From assembly GCA_041747995.1 (NCBI GenBank), contig JBGTEC010000038.1:16327-80326 (forward strand): DNA of 64,000 nucleotides, given 5' to 3'. The notes beneath the pieces are model-generated. The model made no database searches and was not told the DNA's origin. It worked only from the letters and a program-made list of their open reading frames with translations. The stretch comes from Wenzhouxiangella sp. Its GTDB lineage: Bacteria > Pseudomonadota > Gammaproteobacteria > Xanthomonadales > Wenzhouxiangellaceae. The translations under genes were made by a program, and so were the position numbers. Within the stretch, counting starts at the first letter, position 1; each line of letters starts with the position of its first letter. This document shows positions 42,412 through 52,188 of this stretch, piece by piece.

Positions 42412-42760
42412 CGGATCCAAAACTCATGACGGTTTCAGCGTCCACCGCCCGGTGCCAGAATTGTACCAGGCTGGAAACACCGAATGGCGCAAGCGGTGGC
42501 TCGATGCAGCGACGCTGCCAGGATGCTTCACATACCTGCAGACAGACAGATCCACTGCGAGCAATTGATGCCCATTCACTGTCCGCGACGGCCGCCAACA
42601 TAACGCCTGGCCCATGAAAGAACACAAGAATCGGGGCCGTGGCCCGGTCCGCCATGCGAGCGACTATCAGGGCAGCCCGATCGGCCTGCCGACTGCCGGG
42701 GATGGCACGTATTAGTACAGCCAGATGCTGAACGGCTACATCAGGTTTTTCAACATTCAT
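42398..42760 (-). CDS. TusD/DsrE-like sulfurtransferase
   Basis: VFFHGPGV..LQVCEASWQRR with the conserved Cys. Confidence 0.7.
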   Translation of the reverse strand: MNVEKPDVAVQHLAVLIRAIPGSRQADRAALIVARMADRATAPILVFFHGPGVMLAAVADSEWASIARSGSVCLQVCEASWQRRCIEPPLAPFGVSSLVQFWHRAVDAETVMSFGSDDGR

Positions 42761-42906
42761 GGTACGCGCTCGTCGTAGAATGGCAGCTGGCGTGACACCG
42801 GCAGTGTCAGGGACCTTGTCAAGCGACGCTGCCGCGAGCCCCGCAGTCTGGATATCTGTCTACCAGAATAATGAACCATCGTCCGTCAATTCAGGTCTAG
42901 GTACTC

Positions 42907-44373
42907 ATGAGAAAAACCGCATTGAAAATCGGTCTGAGCCTGATTATTGCACTGTTTGCCAGCACGGTGGCGGCTCAGGACGGCATTCTGCTTCCCGATA
43001 TGGGAGGAACCGCCACACGTGTTCTGACCGCCGAGCAAGAGCAGACGTTCGCCCGGGATTTCGAGCGTTACATGCGGGCGAATAATCTCCTGGTCGAAGA
43101 CGCGATGATTCGAGACTATTTCGAGGACATGGGGTTTCGCCTGGTGGCGCAGTCATCCCGCCCGAGGGCAGACTTCCATTTTTTCGTCATGCGCGACTCC
43201 AGCATCAACGCTTTTGCCAGCGTCGCGGGCGTCATCGGCCTGAATGCCGGCTTTATCCTGCTGGCCGAGGATGAAAGTGAAGTCGCTGGCGTGGTTGCGC
43301 ATGAAATCGCTCACATCACTCAGGATCACCTGGCGCGCGGACTCGAAAACCAGCAGCAGGTTTCCTTTCCGATGATGCTGGCCACATTGGGACTGGCGAT
43401 CGCGGCCGGCGCGGCTGGCAACCCCGAGGCCACCCAGGCTCTCGTCATGGGTGGCATGGGCCTGGCGCAACAATTCCAGATCAACCACACGCGTCAGGCG
43501 GAAGCCGAGGCTGACCGGATCGGCCTCGGTCTGCTCGGACGGGCCGGCTATGACCCGCACGGCATGACCCGGATTTTCGAGCGCCTGAACGTACATGGTC
43601 GGTCCATGGGCCAGGGTCCGCCTGAATACCTGCGCACGCACCCATTGACCGTCAACCGGGTTGCCGAGGCACGCAGCCGTGCCGGGTCACTGGTCCGGCG
43701 TGAACAACGATCCGGGCTCGACTTTCATTTTGTCCAGGCGCGCCTGCGGGTCCTGATGAGTGATCGTCAGGAGCAGAACCAGGATTGGTTCAGAAACAGA
43801 CTGGAACGCGAGCAGCGTCCGCCTGAGGCCATGCGCTACGGCCTGGTGCTTGCACTGATGAAGTCCGGGCAATTTGACCAGGCTGCCGAGACGTTGCAAT
43901 CGCTGTTGTCGGCCGATCCCGATCGCCAGATTTACCGTCTGCTGGAAGCCGAATTGCTTGTGGCGCAAAGACGGACGGACGAGGCGCTGGATATACTGAG
44001 TGAGCTCTATCGTCACTTTCCCGGCAGCCAGATGGTCACGACGCAGTACGCTCAAACCCTGATGCACGATCGCGATCCCACACATGCCGCTCGTGCTGTT
44101 GAAGTTCTTCGCCGCCACCTACAAAGCGACCCACTCGATCTGCGCATGACCGAGCTTTACGCTCGAGCGGCCGATCGCGTCGGAGACAGCGTCCGCGCGG
44201 CCGAAGCGGTTGCCGACAGCTACTATCTCCGTGGTGGCGTCTCAGAAGCCATCGTGCAACTTGAACGCCTGAACGATCGCATGGATCTGGATTACTATCA
44301 GCGAGCGCGGATCAACGCCCGATTGATCGAGCTACGCTCGGAGCAATTGCGCACGGCCTCAAGAAACCGCTAA
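42907..44373 (+). CDS. bepA: M48 family TPR metalloprotease BepA/YfgC
   Basis: INAFA, HEIAH, EAEADRIG, YLRTHP, TPR C-terminus. Confidence 0.9.
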   Translation: MRKTALKIGLSLIIALFASTVAAQDGILLPDMGGTATRVLTAEQEQTFARDFERYMRANNLLVEDAMIRDYFEDMGFRLVAQSSRPRADFHFFVMRDSSINAFASVAGVIGLNAGFILLAEDESEVAGVVAHEIAHITQDHLARGLENQQQVSFPMMLATLGLAIAAGAAGNPEATQALVMGGMGLAQQFQINHTRQAEAEADRIGLGLLGRAGYDPHGMTRIFERLNVHGRSMGQGPPEYLRTHPLTVNRVAEARSRAGSLVRREQRSGLDFHFVQARLRVLMSDRQEQNQDWFRNRLEREQRPPEAMRYGLVLALMKSGQFDQAAETLQSLLSADPDRQIYRLLEAELLVAQRRTDEALDILSELYRHFPGSQMVTTQYAQTLMHDRDPTHAARAVEVLRRHLQSDPLDLRMTELYARAADRVGDSVRAAEAVADSYYLRGGVSEAIVQLERLNDRMDLDYYQRARINARLIELRSEQLRTASRNR

Positions 44374-44455
44374 GTCGAGCTGTCAGCGAACATTCATTCA
44401 ATGCAGGCTGTTTTTCAGCTACAGTGTCAGCGCACTCTTTCAGCCGCCCGACACC

Positions 44456-46594
44456 ATGAATGACTCAGAAAAGGCGTCGACTGTTCATGTCAGCCAGCAA
44501 GCGTCGCGATTGTCGAGCTGGCACGAGGAAGACGTGAGCCCGCCGGAGTTACTGTTCAATCGCGAACTGAGCCTTCTCAGCTTCACCCGCCGCGTACTGG
44601 AGCTGGCCCGCGACAGCCAGATACCACTGCTCGAGCGGCTTCGATTCCTCTGTATTTCCTGTACCAATCTGGATGAATTCTTCGAAGTGCGGGTCGCTTC
44701 GGTTCGACAGCGCCTTCAGCATGGCGCGATTCAGCCGGCTCCCGATGGACTGACCCCGGGGGCGATCCTGGAAGCCATTCGCGAAGCCGTCGTGGAAATG
44801 GTTGCAGAACAGTACCGCGTGATGAATGAAGAGTTGACACCTGAGTTGGCTCGCCAGGGCATACGAATACTGCGCCGGTCGGAATGGACGCAGCGCCAGA
44901 GCCACTGGCTGCATCGTCACTTCAGACAGGAACTGATGCCGGTCCTGAGCCCGTTGGGGCTTGACCCGGCCCACCCCTTTCCCCGGATTCTCAACAAGAG
45001 CCTGAATTTTGCAGTAGCGCTGGAAGGCCCAGATGCATTCGGCCGGGACAGTGGCATGGCCCTTGTGCGGGCCCCCCGGTCCTTGCCCCGCATCATACGA
45101 ATACCGAAAAGTTATGCGCGTGGCCCGGATGACTTCGTCTTCCTTTCGTCGGTTCTGCATTCCTTTATCGGCGAGCTGTTCCCGGGCATGAAGATCCGTG
45201 GCTGCTACCAGTTCCGCGTCACACGCAACAGCGAGCTGTTCGTGGATGAAGAGGAAATCGAAGACCTGGCACGCGCATTGGAAGGCGAACTGATGGAACG
45301 CGGCTTCGCGGAGGCGGTCCGCCTCGAGGTTGCCACCAATTGCCCTGAAGAGATCGCGCGCTTTCTCTCCAGCAAGTTCGGCATCGATGAGGCCGATACC
45401 TATCATTGTGACGGGCCGGTCAATCTCAATCGCATGAGCGCCATCTGTGACCTGGCCGACCGGCCGGATCTCAAGCACGCACCTTTTCAACCGGCAACGG
45501 CCAAGGCATTGCTGCCGACCGGCAATCTGTTTGCTGCCATCCGGCGACGTGACCGACTGATGCACCATCCCTACGACAGCTTTCAGCCGGTCGTCGACCT
45601 GATGCGCCAGGCTGCAAGCGACCCGGATGTGCTGGCGATCAAGCAGACGCTTTACCGTACCGGCGCCGACTCGGTTCTGGTCGGCCTCCTGATCGAGGCC
45701 GCCCGGGCCGGCAAGGATGTTACCGTCATCGTGGAGTTGAGAGCCCGCTTTGACGAGGAAGCCAACATCACCCTGGCGACCCGGCTCCAGGAAGCCGGCG
45801 TCCAGGTCGTTTATGGCGTGGTCGGACACAAGACCCACGCCAAGATGATGCTGCTGGTACGCCGCGAACGCGGCCGGCTTCACCGCTACATTCACCTGGG
45901 CACTGGTAATTATCACCAGGGGACTTCCAAGACCTATACGGACTGGAGCCTGCTGTCGGCCGATCCCGACCTGGCCCAGGACGTTCACCGGATTTTCCAG
46001 CAATTGTCAGGATTGGGCCAGGTTCGGTCGCTGAATAAAGTGGTTCAATCACCGTTCGATCTTTACAACTTTCTGCTCGAGCGAATCGAGCGCGAGACAG
46101 CCAACGCGGCCAGCGGCAAATCCGCCATCATCAGCGCGAAGATGAACGCATTGACCGAGCCAGGCATCATTCACGCCCTTTATCGGGCCTCGCGGGCCGG
46201 CGTTCAGATCAGACTGGTCGTACGCGGCATCTGCTGCCTGCGGCCGGGGGTTCCGGGCCTGTCGGAAAACATCCGGGTCCGTTCGATCCTCGGCCGTTTT
46301 CTCGAGCATAGCCGGGTTTACCATTTTGCCAACGATGGCCAGCCGGAAACCTATGCCTCCAGCGCCGACTGGATGGAACGCAATCTGTTTCAAAGAGTGG
46401 AAGCCTGCTTTCCGATCACTAGACCGAAGGACGCCCGGCGCGTTTTTCATGAAAGCATTGAATTGGCGTTTGAAGACAACATCCAGGCCTGGGAGCTGTA
46501 CGCCGACGGCGACTACATCCTCGATCGACCGAAAGGTGGTGAGCAGGCGCTCTCGGCCCAGGAAATACTGATGCAGCGAGCGATCGATGCCTGA
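44456..46594 (+). CDS. ppk1: Polyphosphate kinase 1
   Basis: NRELS, NLDEFFEVRV, HHPYDSF, ARFDEE.N, KTHAK, GRFLEHSR, SADWM.RN. Confidence 0.97.
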   Translation: MNDSEKASTVHVSQQASRLSSWHEEDVSPPELLFNRELSLLSFTRRVLELARDSQIPLLERLRFLCISCTNLDEFFEVRVASVRQRLQHGAIQPAPDGLTPGAILEAIREAVVEMVAEQYRVMNEELTPELARQGIRILRRSEWTQRQSHWLHRHFRQELMPVLSPLGLDPAHPFPRILNKSLNFAVALEGPDAFGRDSGMALVRAPRSLPRIIRIPKSYARGPDDFVFLSSVLHSFIGELFPGMKIRGCYQFRVTRNSELFVDEEEIEDLARALEGELMERGFAEAVRLEVATNCPEEIARFLSSKFGIDEADTYHCDGPVNLNRMSAICDLADRPDLKHAPFQPATAKALLPTGNLFAAIRRRDRLMHHPYDSFQPVVDLMRQAASDPDVLAIKQTLYRTGADSVLVGLLIEAARAGKDVTVIVELRARFDEEANITLATRLQEAGVQVVYGVVGHKTHAKMMLLVRRERGRLHRYIHLGTGNYHQGTSKTYTDWSLLSADPDLAQDVHRIFQQLSGLGQVRSLNKVVQSPFDLYNFLLERIERETANAASGKSAIISAKMNALTEPGIIHALYRASRAGVQIRLVVRGICCLRPGVPGLSENIRVRSILGRFLEHSRVYHFANDGQPETYASSADWMERNLFQRVEACFPITRPKDARRVFHESIELAFEDNIQAWELYADGDYILDRPKGGEQALSAQEILMQRAIDA

Positions 46595-48104
46595 TCGCCA
46601 GCTCTACGCCGCCATTGACCTCGGCAGCAACAGCTTCCATATGGTCGTGGCCCGGTACGAACACGGTGAGCTGCGCATCATCGATCGGCTCAAGGACATG
46701 GTCCGCCTGGCAGGCGGCCTCGACGAGCAAGGCCAACTGGATCCGCAGGTACGGGAAAATGCGTTGGCCAGCCTGGCCCGCTTCGGCGAACGCATCCGGG
46801 GCATTCCGGAATCGCACTTGCGGGCGGTCGGCACGCAGACCTTTCGCAGTCTGCGCAACCCGGCAGCCTTCCTGGTGGTTGCCGAAACCGCGCTCAGCTG
46901 CCCAGTCGACATCATCAGTGGTCGAGAGGAAGCCCGTCTGGTTTACCTCGGCGTCGGCCAGGGGACCGCGCCCAGCGGTGGTCGCCGATTGGTAGTTGAC
47001 ATTGGTGGCGGGTCAACCGAAATCGTCATTGGCGACACCTTGCTGCCCGAATTGGCCGAAAGCCTGCCTTATGGTTGCGTGAGCCTTGGGCGATCAGCAT
47101 TCCCAGGCGGCAGAATCAGCCTGCAGAATTGGCAAAACGGTGGCCACGACATACGAGCCGAGCTTCTGGAGTATGGTGCTCGCTTCCGTGCTTTCGGCTG
47201 GAATCAGGCGGTCGGCGCTTCAGGAACGGTGCGCGCCGTGGCGAGCATTATCCAGAAGCTGACTCCGGACACGACGACCGACGCGATCAGCCGGGGTGGC
47301 ATTGAATTGGTCAAGGCCAGATTGCTCGAGGCCGGATCGGTTGATCGGATCCGACTTGAAGGCCTGTCCGAGCGACGACAACCCGTGATTGCCGGTGGCG
47401 TCCTGATTCTGGAAGCCGTCATGGATGCGCTGCGTATCGACAAGCTCGAAGTATCGCCCTTTGCCTTGCGCGAGGGCCTGCTCTATAACCTGCTCGGACG
47501 CCTGGAACACCGTGACCCCCGAGACCAGACCGTCCAGTCGATGGCCGATCGCTATCAGGTCGATTCCGCGCAGGCTGCCCGGGTCGGTGACTGGAGCATG
47601 ACCACCTTCGAACAGGTCGCCGAAGACTGGTACCTGGAGCCCATTCATGCCGATCTGCTGCATTGGATCTGCCGCCTCCATGAGGTCGGTCTGGCAATAG
47701 CGCATGAAGCCTACCCCCTGCATACGGCCTATATCCTCACCAATGCCGACATGCCCGGCTTCAGCCGTCAGGAGCAGCAGTTCATGACCGCCGTATGCCG
47801 CCTGCAGCGGGGGCGCATTGCGCCCGCCGCGCTCGATACCCTGCCCTCGCGGCTGCACCAACCGGCCCGATGCCTGCTTGCATTGCTGAGGCTCGGCATT
47901 GCCCTGTGCCGCGCGCGTTCGGATAGCAATACACCTGATTTCGCTCTCGGCGGGAAAGAGAGGAAGCTTCGCCTGCAACTGCCCAAAGGCTGGCTTGAGG
48001 CCAACCCCCTGACCCGCCGTGACCTGGAATACGAGAAACAGCAACTACGCCAACTGGACCTGGACCTGAAGCTGACGACCTTGTCGCTGATTCACCATGG
48101 GTGA
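46587..48104 (+). CDS. ppx: Exopolyphosphatase (Ppx/GppA)
   Basis: AIDLGSNSFH, ISGREEARL, DIGGGSTE, ALREG, C-terminal HD-like domain. Confidence 0.93.
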   Translation: MPDRQLYAAIDLGSNSFHMVVARYEHGELRIIDRLKDMVRLAGGLDEQGQLDPQVRENALASLARFGERIRGIPESHLRAVGTQTFRSLRNPAAFLVVAETALSCPVDIISGREEARLVYLGVGQGTAPSGGRRLVVDIGGGSTEIVIGDTLLPELAESLPYGCVSLGRSAFPGGRISLQNWQNGGHDIRAELLEYGARFRAFGWNQAVGASGTVRAVASIIQKLTPDTTTDAISRGGIELVKARLLEAGSVDRIRLEGLSERRQPVIAGGVLILEAVMDALRIDKLEVSPFALREGLLYNLLGRLEHRDPRDQTVQSMADRYQVDSAQAARVGDWSMTTFEQVAEDWYLEPIHADLLHWICRLHEVGLAIAHEAYPLHTAYILTNADMPGFSRQEQQFMTAVCRLQRGRIAPAALDTLPSRLHQPARCLLALLRLGIALCRARSDSNTPDFALGGKERKLRLQLPKGWLEANPLTRRDLEYEKQQLRQLDLDLKLTTLSLIHHG

Positions 48105-49014
48105 CTGGAAACCCGCCACCACGGCCAGCAACCTGCGCCGACGGGCGCGCATTCTGCAGCAGATCCGCCGTTTCTTTGACGACCGGGACTTGCCGGAAGT
48201 CACCACGCCGGTCATCACAAAATCCGGGATAACCGACCCCAACATCGACAGCCTGGCACTTGCCGGTGACCGCGGCTACCTCCGCACGTCGCCGGAATAC
48301 GCCCACAAGCGTCTTCTGGCGGCCGGCTTCGGCGACCTGTTTGAACTCGGTCCGGTCTTTCGCGCCAATGAGCATGGCCGACTCCATCGCAGCGAATTCA
48401 CCCTGCTTGAGTGGTACCGGGTCGACTGGAGCTGGCGACAACTGGCCGAGGAGACTGTCGCGCTGATCAGACATTGCCTCCCCGACCAGCAAGACTCGCC
48501 GAGTGCGCCGCGCTTTCTTTCATGGCGTGAATCTTTTGCCAATCTGGACCCGCTCACCTGCAGCGACGACAGGCTGCGCGAGCTGACCCCGTCGCTCAGC
48601 CCCGACTGTGACCGCGACATGAGGCTGGACTATCTGTTTGCAACATACGTTCAGCCGTCATTCCCCGACCGAATGATTACGGTCATCCACGGCTATCCCG
48701 CCAGCCAGGCCGCCCTGGCCCGACTGGACCCGGCCGACCCCCGACTGGCCGAGCGCTTTGAGGTGTTTTTCGGCTCCATCGAGCTGGCCAACGGCTATCG
48801 GGAACTGACCTCCGAGCCGGAGCAGCGGAGACGCTTCGAGGAAGACAACAAACGGCGCCAGGCCTTGGGCCGCCCCCGGATGCCGTTGGATGAACATCTG
48901 CTGGCCGCGCTCAGGCACGGTTTGCCCGAGTGTGCCGGCGTGGCAATGGGGGTGGATCGACTGGTCATGGCCGTCACGGCTGCTCCGGATATCGCCAGCG
49001 TTCGAGCATTCTAG
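48097..49014 (+). CDS. epmA: EF-P lysine aminoacylase EpmA (GenX/PoxA)
   Basis: YLRTSPEY.HKRLLAAG, EFTLLEWYR, ELANGY.ELT, GVAMGVDRL; no anticodon-binding domain. Confidence 0.93.
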   Translation: MGDWKPATTASNLRRRARILQQIRRFFDDRDLPEVTTPVITKSGITDPNIDSLALAGDRGYLRTSPEYAHKRLLAAGFGDLFELGPVFRANEHGRLHRSEFTLLEWYRVDWSWRQLAEETVALIRHCLPDQQDSPSAPRFLSWRESFANLDPLTCSDDRLRELTPSLSPDCDRDMRLDYLFATYVQPSFPDRMITVIHGYPASQAALARLDPADPRLAERFEVFFGSIELANGYRELTSEPEQRRRFEEDNKRRQALGRPRMPLDEHLLAALRHGLPECAGVAMGVDRLVMAVTAAPDIASVRAF

Positions 49015-49020
49015 TGGCCA

Positions 49021-49602
49021 CTAGTGCTTCTCCGAAATCCCGTCGACTTCTTTTTCAGGCTGGTTGCGTCGCTCGCGCCAAACGGGACCGAGCCGTTTCC
49101 AGAGCAATGCCCAACGACTGTGTAGAGGCATCCGATTGGGAAGGTAGAGGTGAGAAACCTCTGCCAAAGGCACCTCGGTCGAAGTTTCATTCGCGTTGAT
49201 CAGCACCAGCAAGGCCTCATGCGGCAGTGCCGGATCCGCACTGGAGCGGACCAGGTCGGCCGAGCCCGGGGCGGTCTGCAGTTCGCCGTTGGGTTCGGGG
49301 CGAATGCCAGCGATAAAACCGTAGAGGATTGACTGTCCAGTCCGTTCAACGCCCACCAGGGTCAACGGCCGATCACGCGCCACATCCGCGTACCCTGACC
49401 TGGCCGAGGTATCAGCGCGAACAAAAACCCGCTCGCCGGAACGCGTATCTTCCGCCGCCACGATCACCTCCTCGACCGGCCACGGCCATAAAGGAGCCAG
49501 AACAAGTCGAGCAGGCGCCAGTGTTAGTAGTAGAATAGACGCCAGCAGACAAGCCGAGATGACAATTTGCTGTAGCCAGTACGTCAAAGGACTTGGCATC
49601 AT
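49021..49602 (-). CDS. Hypothetical membrane protein resembling the N-terminal extension of long-form PstA
   Basis: TM, then LWPWPV, GVERTGQSILYGFI, EVPLAEV..YLPNRM. Confidence 0.55.
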   Translation of the reverse strand: MMPSPLTYWLQQIVISACLLASILLLTLAPARLVLAPLWPWPVEEVIVAAEDTRSGERVFVRADTSARSGYADVARDRPLTLVGVERTGQSILYGFIAGIRPEPNGELQTAPGSADLVRSSADPALPHEALLVLINANETSTEVPLAEVSHLYLPNRMPLHSRWALLWKRLGPVWRERRNQPEKEVDGISEKH

Positions 49603-49713
49603 GCCCGCAATATAGCACGATGCATTTCGATGAAAGAAGTTGTCGCCTGTCTCCTAAGGGGGTGAAAATCGGAGAATAAATCAGGGCGTTTTGAAAAAAC
49701 CGCCGGAGCGTGT

Positions 49714-50688
49714 ATGAACGAAGGCATCAAAGTTCGACCTGCAAGAATCGCAGAGATCCCAACGCTGGCCAAGCTGATCGAAAACCAGCTTCCCGACATG
49801 ATGGGCGGGAGCAAGCGGCCTGTGAATATCGATCACCATCTGGCCAGCCTCATTCCAGACCAGTCGTTGATCCTGGCCACGCGTGGAAATCGCCTGGCTG
49901 GCCTGACTGCGGTCGATCTTGATCACAGCCAGATACTGGCGTGCTATCTCGATCCGGAAACCGCCTCGCCCGACACGCCAAGACAACTGTTCAAGGCCGT
50001 CGAGCAACTGGCCCAGTCATTCGGGGCGCGCAAGCTGAGTTGCCAGGTGAAAAAGCAGGTTGGGGGCTTCATGGAGTCCATGGGCTACAAGCCGCAGGAT
50101 AACGACGATTCCGGCTCGACGCGCCTGGTCGAAAAGAACCTGCTCGACTCGGCACAGCCCGAGTTCCAGGAACTGATCAAATTGCTCGATGAACTTGGCA
50201 TTCCCCAGGACTACGGCCTCAAGCATCGCATGCGCCTGATTCCGGAGGCGAAAATGCTGGTACCAGTCGGCCGTGACATCTTCAACCGCGATCAGCGTCT
50301 CAACCCTTCTTCGGCAACTGCCTGGACTCGTATGCAGACCTCGGCTGCAGGTCATGGTGTCGAGCTGCAGCTGGTATCGGCCTTTCGCGGCATTGCCTAC
50401 CAGGCCAATCTGTTCCGGCGCAAACTGGAAGAGGGACAACCGATCAACAAGATTTTGTCGGTTTCCGCCGCACCGGGGTACAGTGAGCACCATGGCGGCC
50501 AGGCAATCGATGTGACCTCTCCTGGCACAAAGCCCCTGGATGAGGCCTTCGGCGAGTCAAAAGCCTACAAGTGGCTCAAATCCAACGCCGGCATTTATGG
50601 CTTCAAGGAAAGCTACCCCCGCAACAATCGACACAAGATTGCCTGGGAGCCCTGGCATTGGTGCTATCACCACCGGCCGGGCGCCTGA
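49714..50688 (+). CDS. GNAT-like N-domain fused to M15B (VanY-like) D,D-carboxypeptidase
   Basis: C-terminal SAFR, SEHHGGQAID, EPWHW; N-terminal VRPA..LFKAVEQLA..GFMESMGY. Confidence 0.8.
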   Translation: MNEGIKVRPARIAEIPTLAKLIENQLPDMMGGSKRPVNIDHHLASLIPDQSLILATRGNRLAGLTAVDLDHSQILACYLDPETASPDTPRQLFKAVEQLAQSFGARKLSCQVKKQVGGFMESMGYKPQDNDDSGSTRLVEKNLLDSAQPEFQELIKLLDELGIPQDYGLKHRMRLIPEAKMLVPVGRDIFNRDQRLNPSSATAWTRMQTSAAGHGVELQLVSAFRGIAYQANLFRRKLEEGQPINKILSVSAAPGYSEHHGGQAIDVTSPGTKPLDEAFGESKAYKWLKSNAGIYGFKESYPRNNRHKIAWEPWHWCYHHRPGA

Positions 50689-50689
50689 T

Positions 50690-52105
50690 TCAGCTGTTGC
50701 GGATCGTCGTGTAAGCCTCGAGGGCACGCTCTCGGCTGCCCATGAGGTCAACGATCGGCCGGGGATAATCGCCAACCGACTCACCCTGTCTCAAGGGGTG
50801 ATGAATCCGACTGGCAGGCCGCTGCGCCAATTCGGGGCACCAGCGCCGGACATAATCACCGTCCGGGTCGAACTTCCGTCCCTGCAAAACCGGGTTGAAG
50901 ATTCGAAAATAGGGCGCGGCATCGGCCCCGCAGCCTGCGGTCCACTGCCACCCCTGGGTATTATTGCCAAGATCGGCGTCCACCAGAGCGTCCCAGAACC
51001 AACGCGCACCTTCTTGCCATGGGATCAGCAGGTTCTTGGTCAGGAACGAGGCGACGATCATGCGTACCCGATTGTGCATCCAGCCGGTTTGCCATAACTG
51101 ACGCATGCCGGCATCAACCAGCGGCAGGCCGGTGCGACCGCGTTTCCAGGCCTTCAGATCGTCCGCGTAATCGCCGGGTTCACGCCAGGGAAAAGCCAAA
51201 TAGCGCTCTTGCAGCGGTTTGTTCGCCAGATGCGGGTGATGGTATAGGAGGTACGTCGAGAACTCGCGCCAGGCCATCTCGCGTAAAAATGCCAGACGCC
51301 CTTCGCCAGCCGGCAAATCGCCGGCCTCGTTCAGCGCACTGGCGACCCGCCCGGGCGAGATCTCGCCAAAGTGCAAGTGAGCCGACAGGCGGGATGTACC
51401 GTCACAGCCCGGGAGATCACGTCCCTCGCGGTAGGAAGACGCGGCCAGGTCGACGAAAGCATCAAGGCGCTGGCGTGCGCCGAGCTCGCCCGGTTGCCAG
51501 TGACAGGCAATGCTGCTCACCCAGTCTTGGCGCGGCAGCAGTACCAGTTCATCAAGGCTGACACCGGCCGGCCAGCTTTCCGGGCCGCGCAACTGCTCAG
51601 GCTCGGGATGGCTTTCGGGCGGACGCCAGTTTTTCTGCCACTGCTTCCAATAAGGCGTGAATACACCGTAGGGACTGCCATCGCCCTTGAGGATTTCCCA
51701 GGGCTCGAACAACAGCGCGCCCTTGCAGCTGCGTGCTCGAAGCCCGCAGTCTGTCAACCGCTGTTTCAACGCCGTGTCTCGCGCGACCAGCGCCGGTTCG
51801 TATAGCCGGTTCCAGTACACCGAACCGGCACCGGTCTCGCTCGCCAGCCGGACGAGTTCACTACCGCTTTCACCGCGGGCAATGACCAGGCGACTGCCCC
51901 GTTCGCGCAGGCGCCCATCAAGACTGGCCAGCGAATGATGCAGCCACCAGCGCGAGGCAGCGCCTGCCGACCAGGCACCTTCGGCTTCTGGATCATCGAC
52001 ATAGACCGGCATGACCCGATCATGCTCCTGGCAGGCAAGGTCAAGGGCTGGATGATCGGAAAGCCGTAAATCCCGGCGCAACCAGACAAGGGCAGTAGTC
52101 GTCAT
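50690..52105 (-). CDS. phrB: Deoxyribodipyrimidine photolyase (class I)
   Basis: WLRRDLRLSDHPAL, TSRLSAHLHFGEIS, TGWMHNRVRM, DAAPYFRIFNP. Confidence 0.95.
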   Translation of the reverse strand: MTTTALVWLRRDLRLSDHPALDLACQEHDRVMPVYVDDPEAEGAWSAGAASRWWLHHSLASLDGRLRERGSRLVIARGESGSELVRLASETGAGSVYWNRLYEPALVARDTALKQRLTDCGLRARSCKGALLFEPWEILKGDGSPYGVFTPYWKQWQKNWRPPESHPEPEQLRGPESWPAGVSLDELVLLPRQDWVSSIACHWQPGELGARQRLDAFVDLAASSYREGRDLPGCDGTSRLSAHLHFGEISPGRVASALNEAGDLPAGEGRLAFLREMAWREFSTYLLYHHPHLANKPLQERYLAFPWREPGDYADDLKAWKRGRTGLPLVDAGMRQLWQTGWMHNRVRMIVASFLTKNLLIPWQEGARWFWDALVDADLGNNTQGWQWTAGCGADAAPYFRIFNPVLQGRKFDPDGDYVRRWCPELAQRPASRIHHPLRQGESVGDYPRPIVDLMGSRERALEAYTTIRNS

Positions 52106-52188
52106 GCCCGCATCATTCACTGTTTACCGTCGATGACCAGTGAACGGCGGCCAGTAATTGAACCACAAAGTTACAAACAAAATCAGAC

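Noticed and set aside
44549-46003. Long antisense ORFs (also 411..1421, 2450..3520, 10450..11355, 15124..16002, 28263..29174, 62977..63873)
   Set aside because: Shadow frames opposite well-supported genes, expected from high-GC codon bias; no recognisable motifs.
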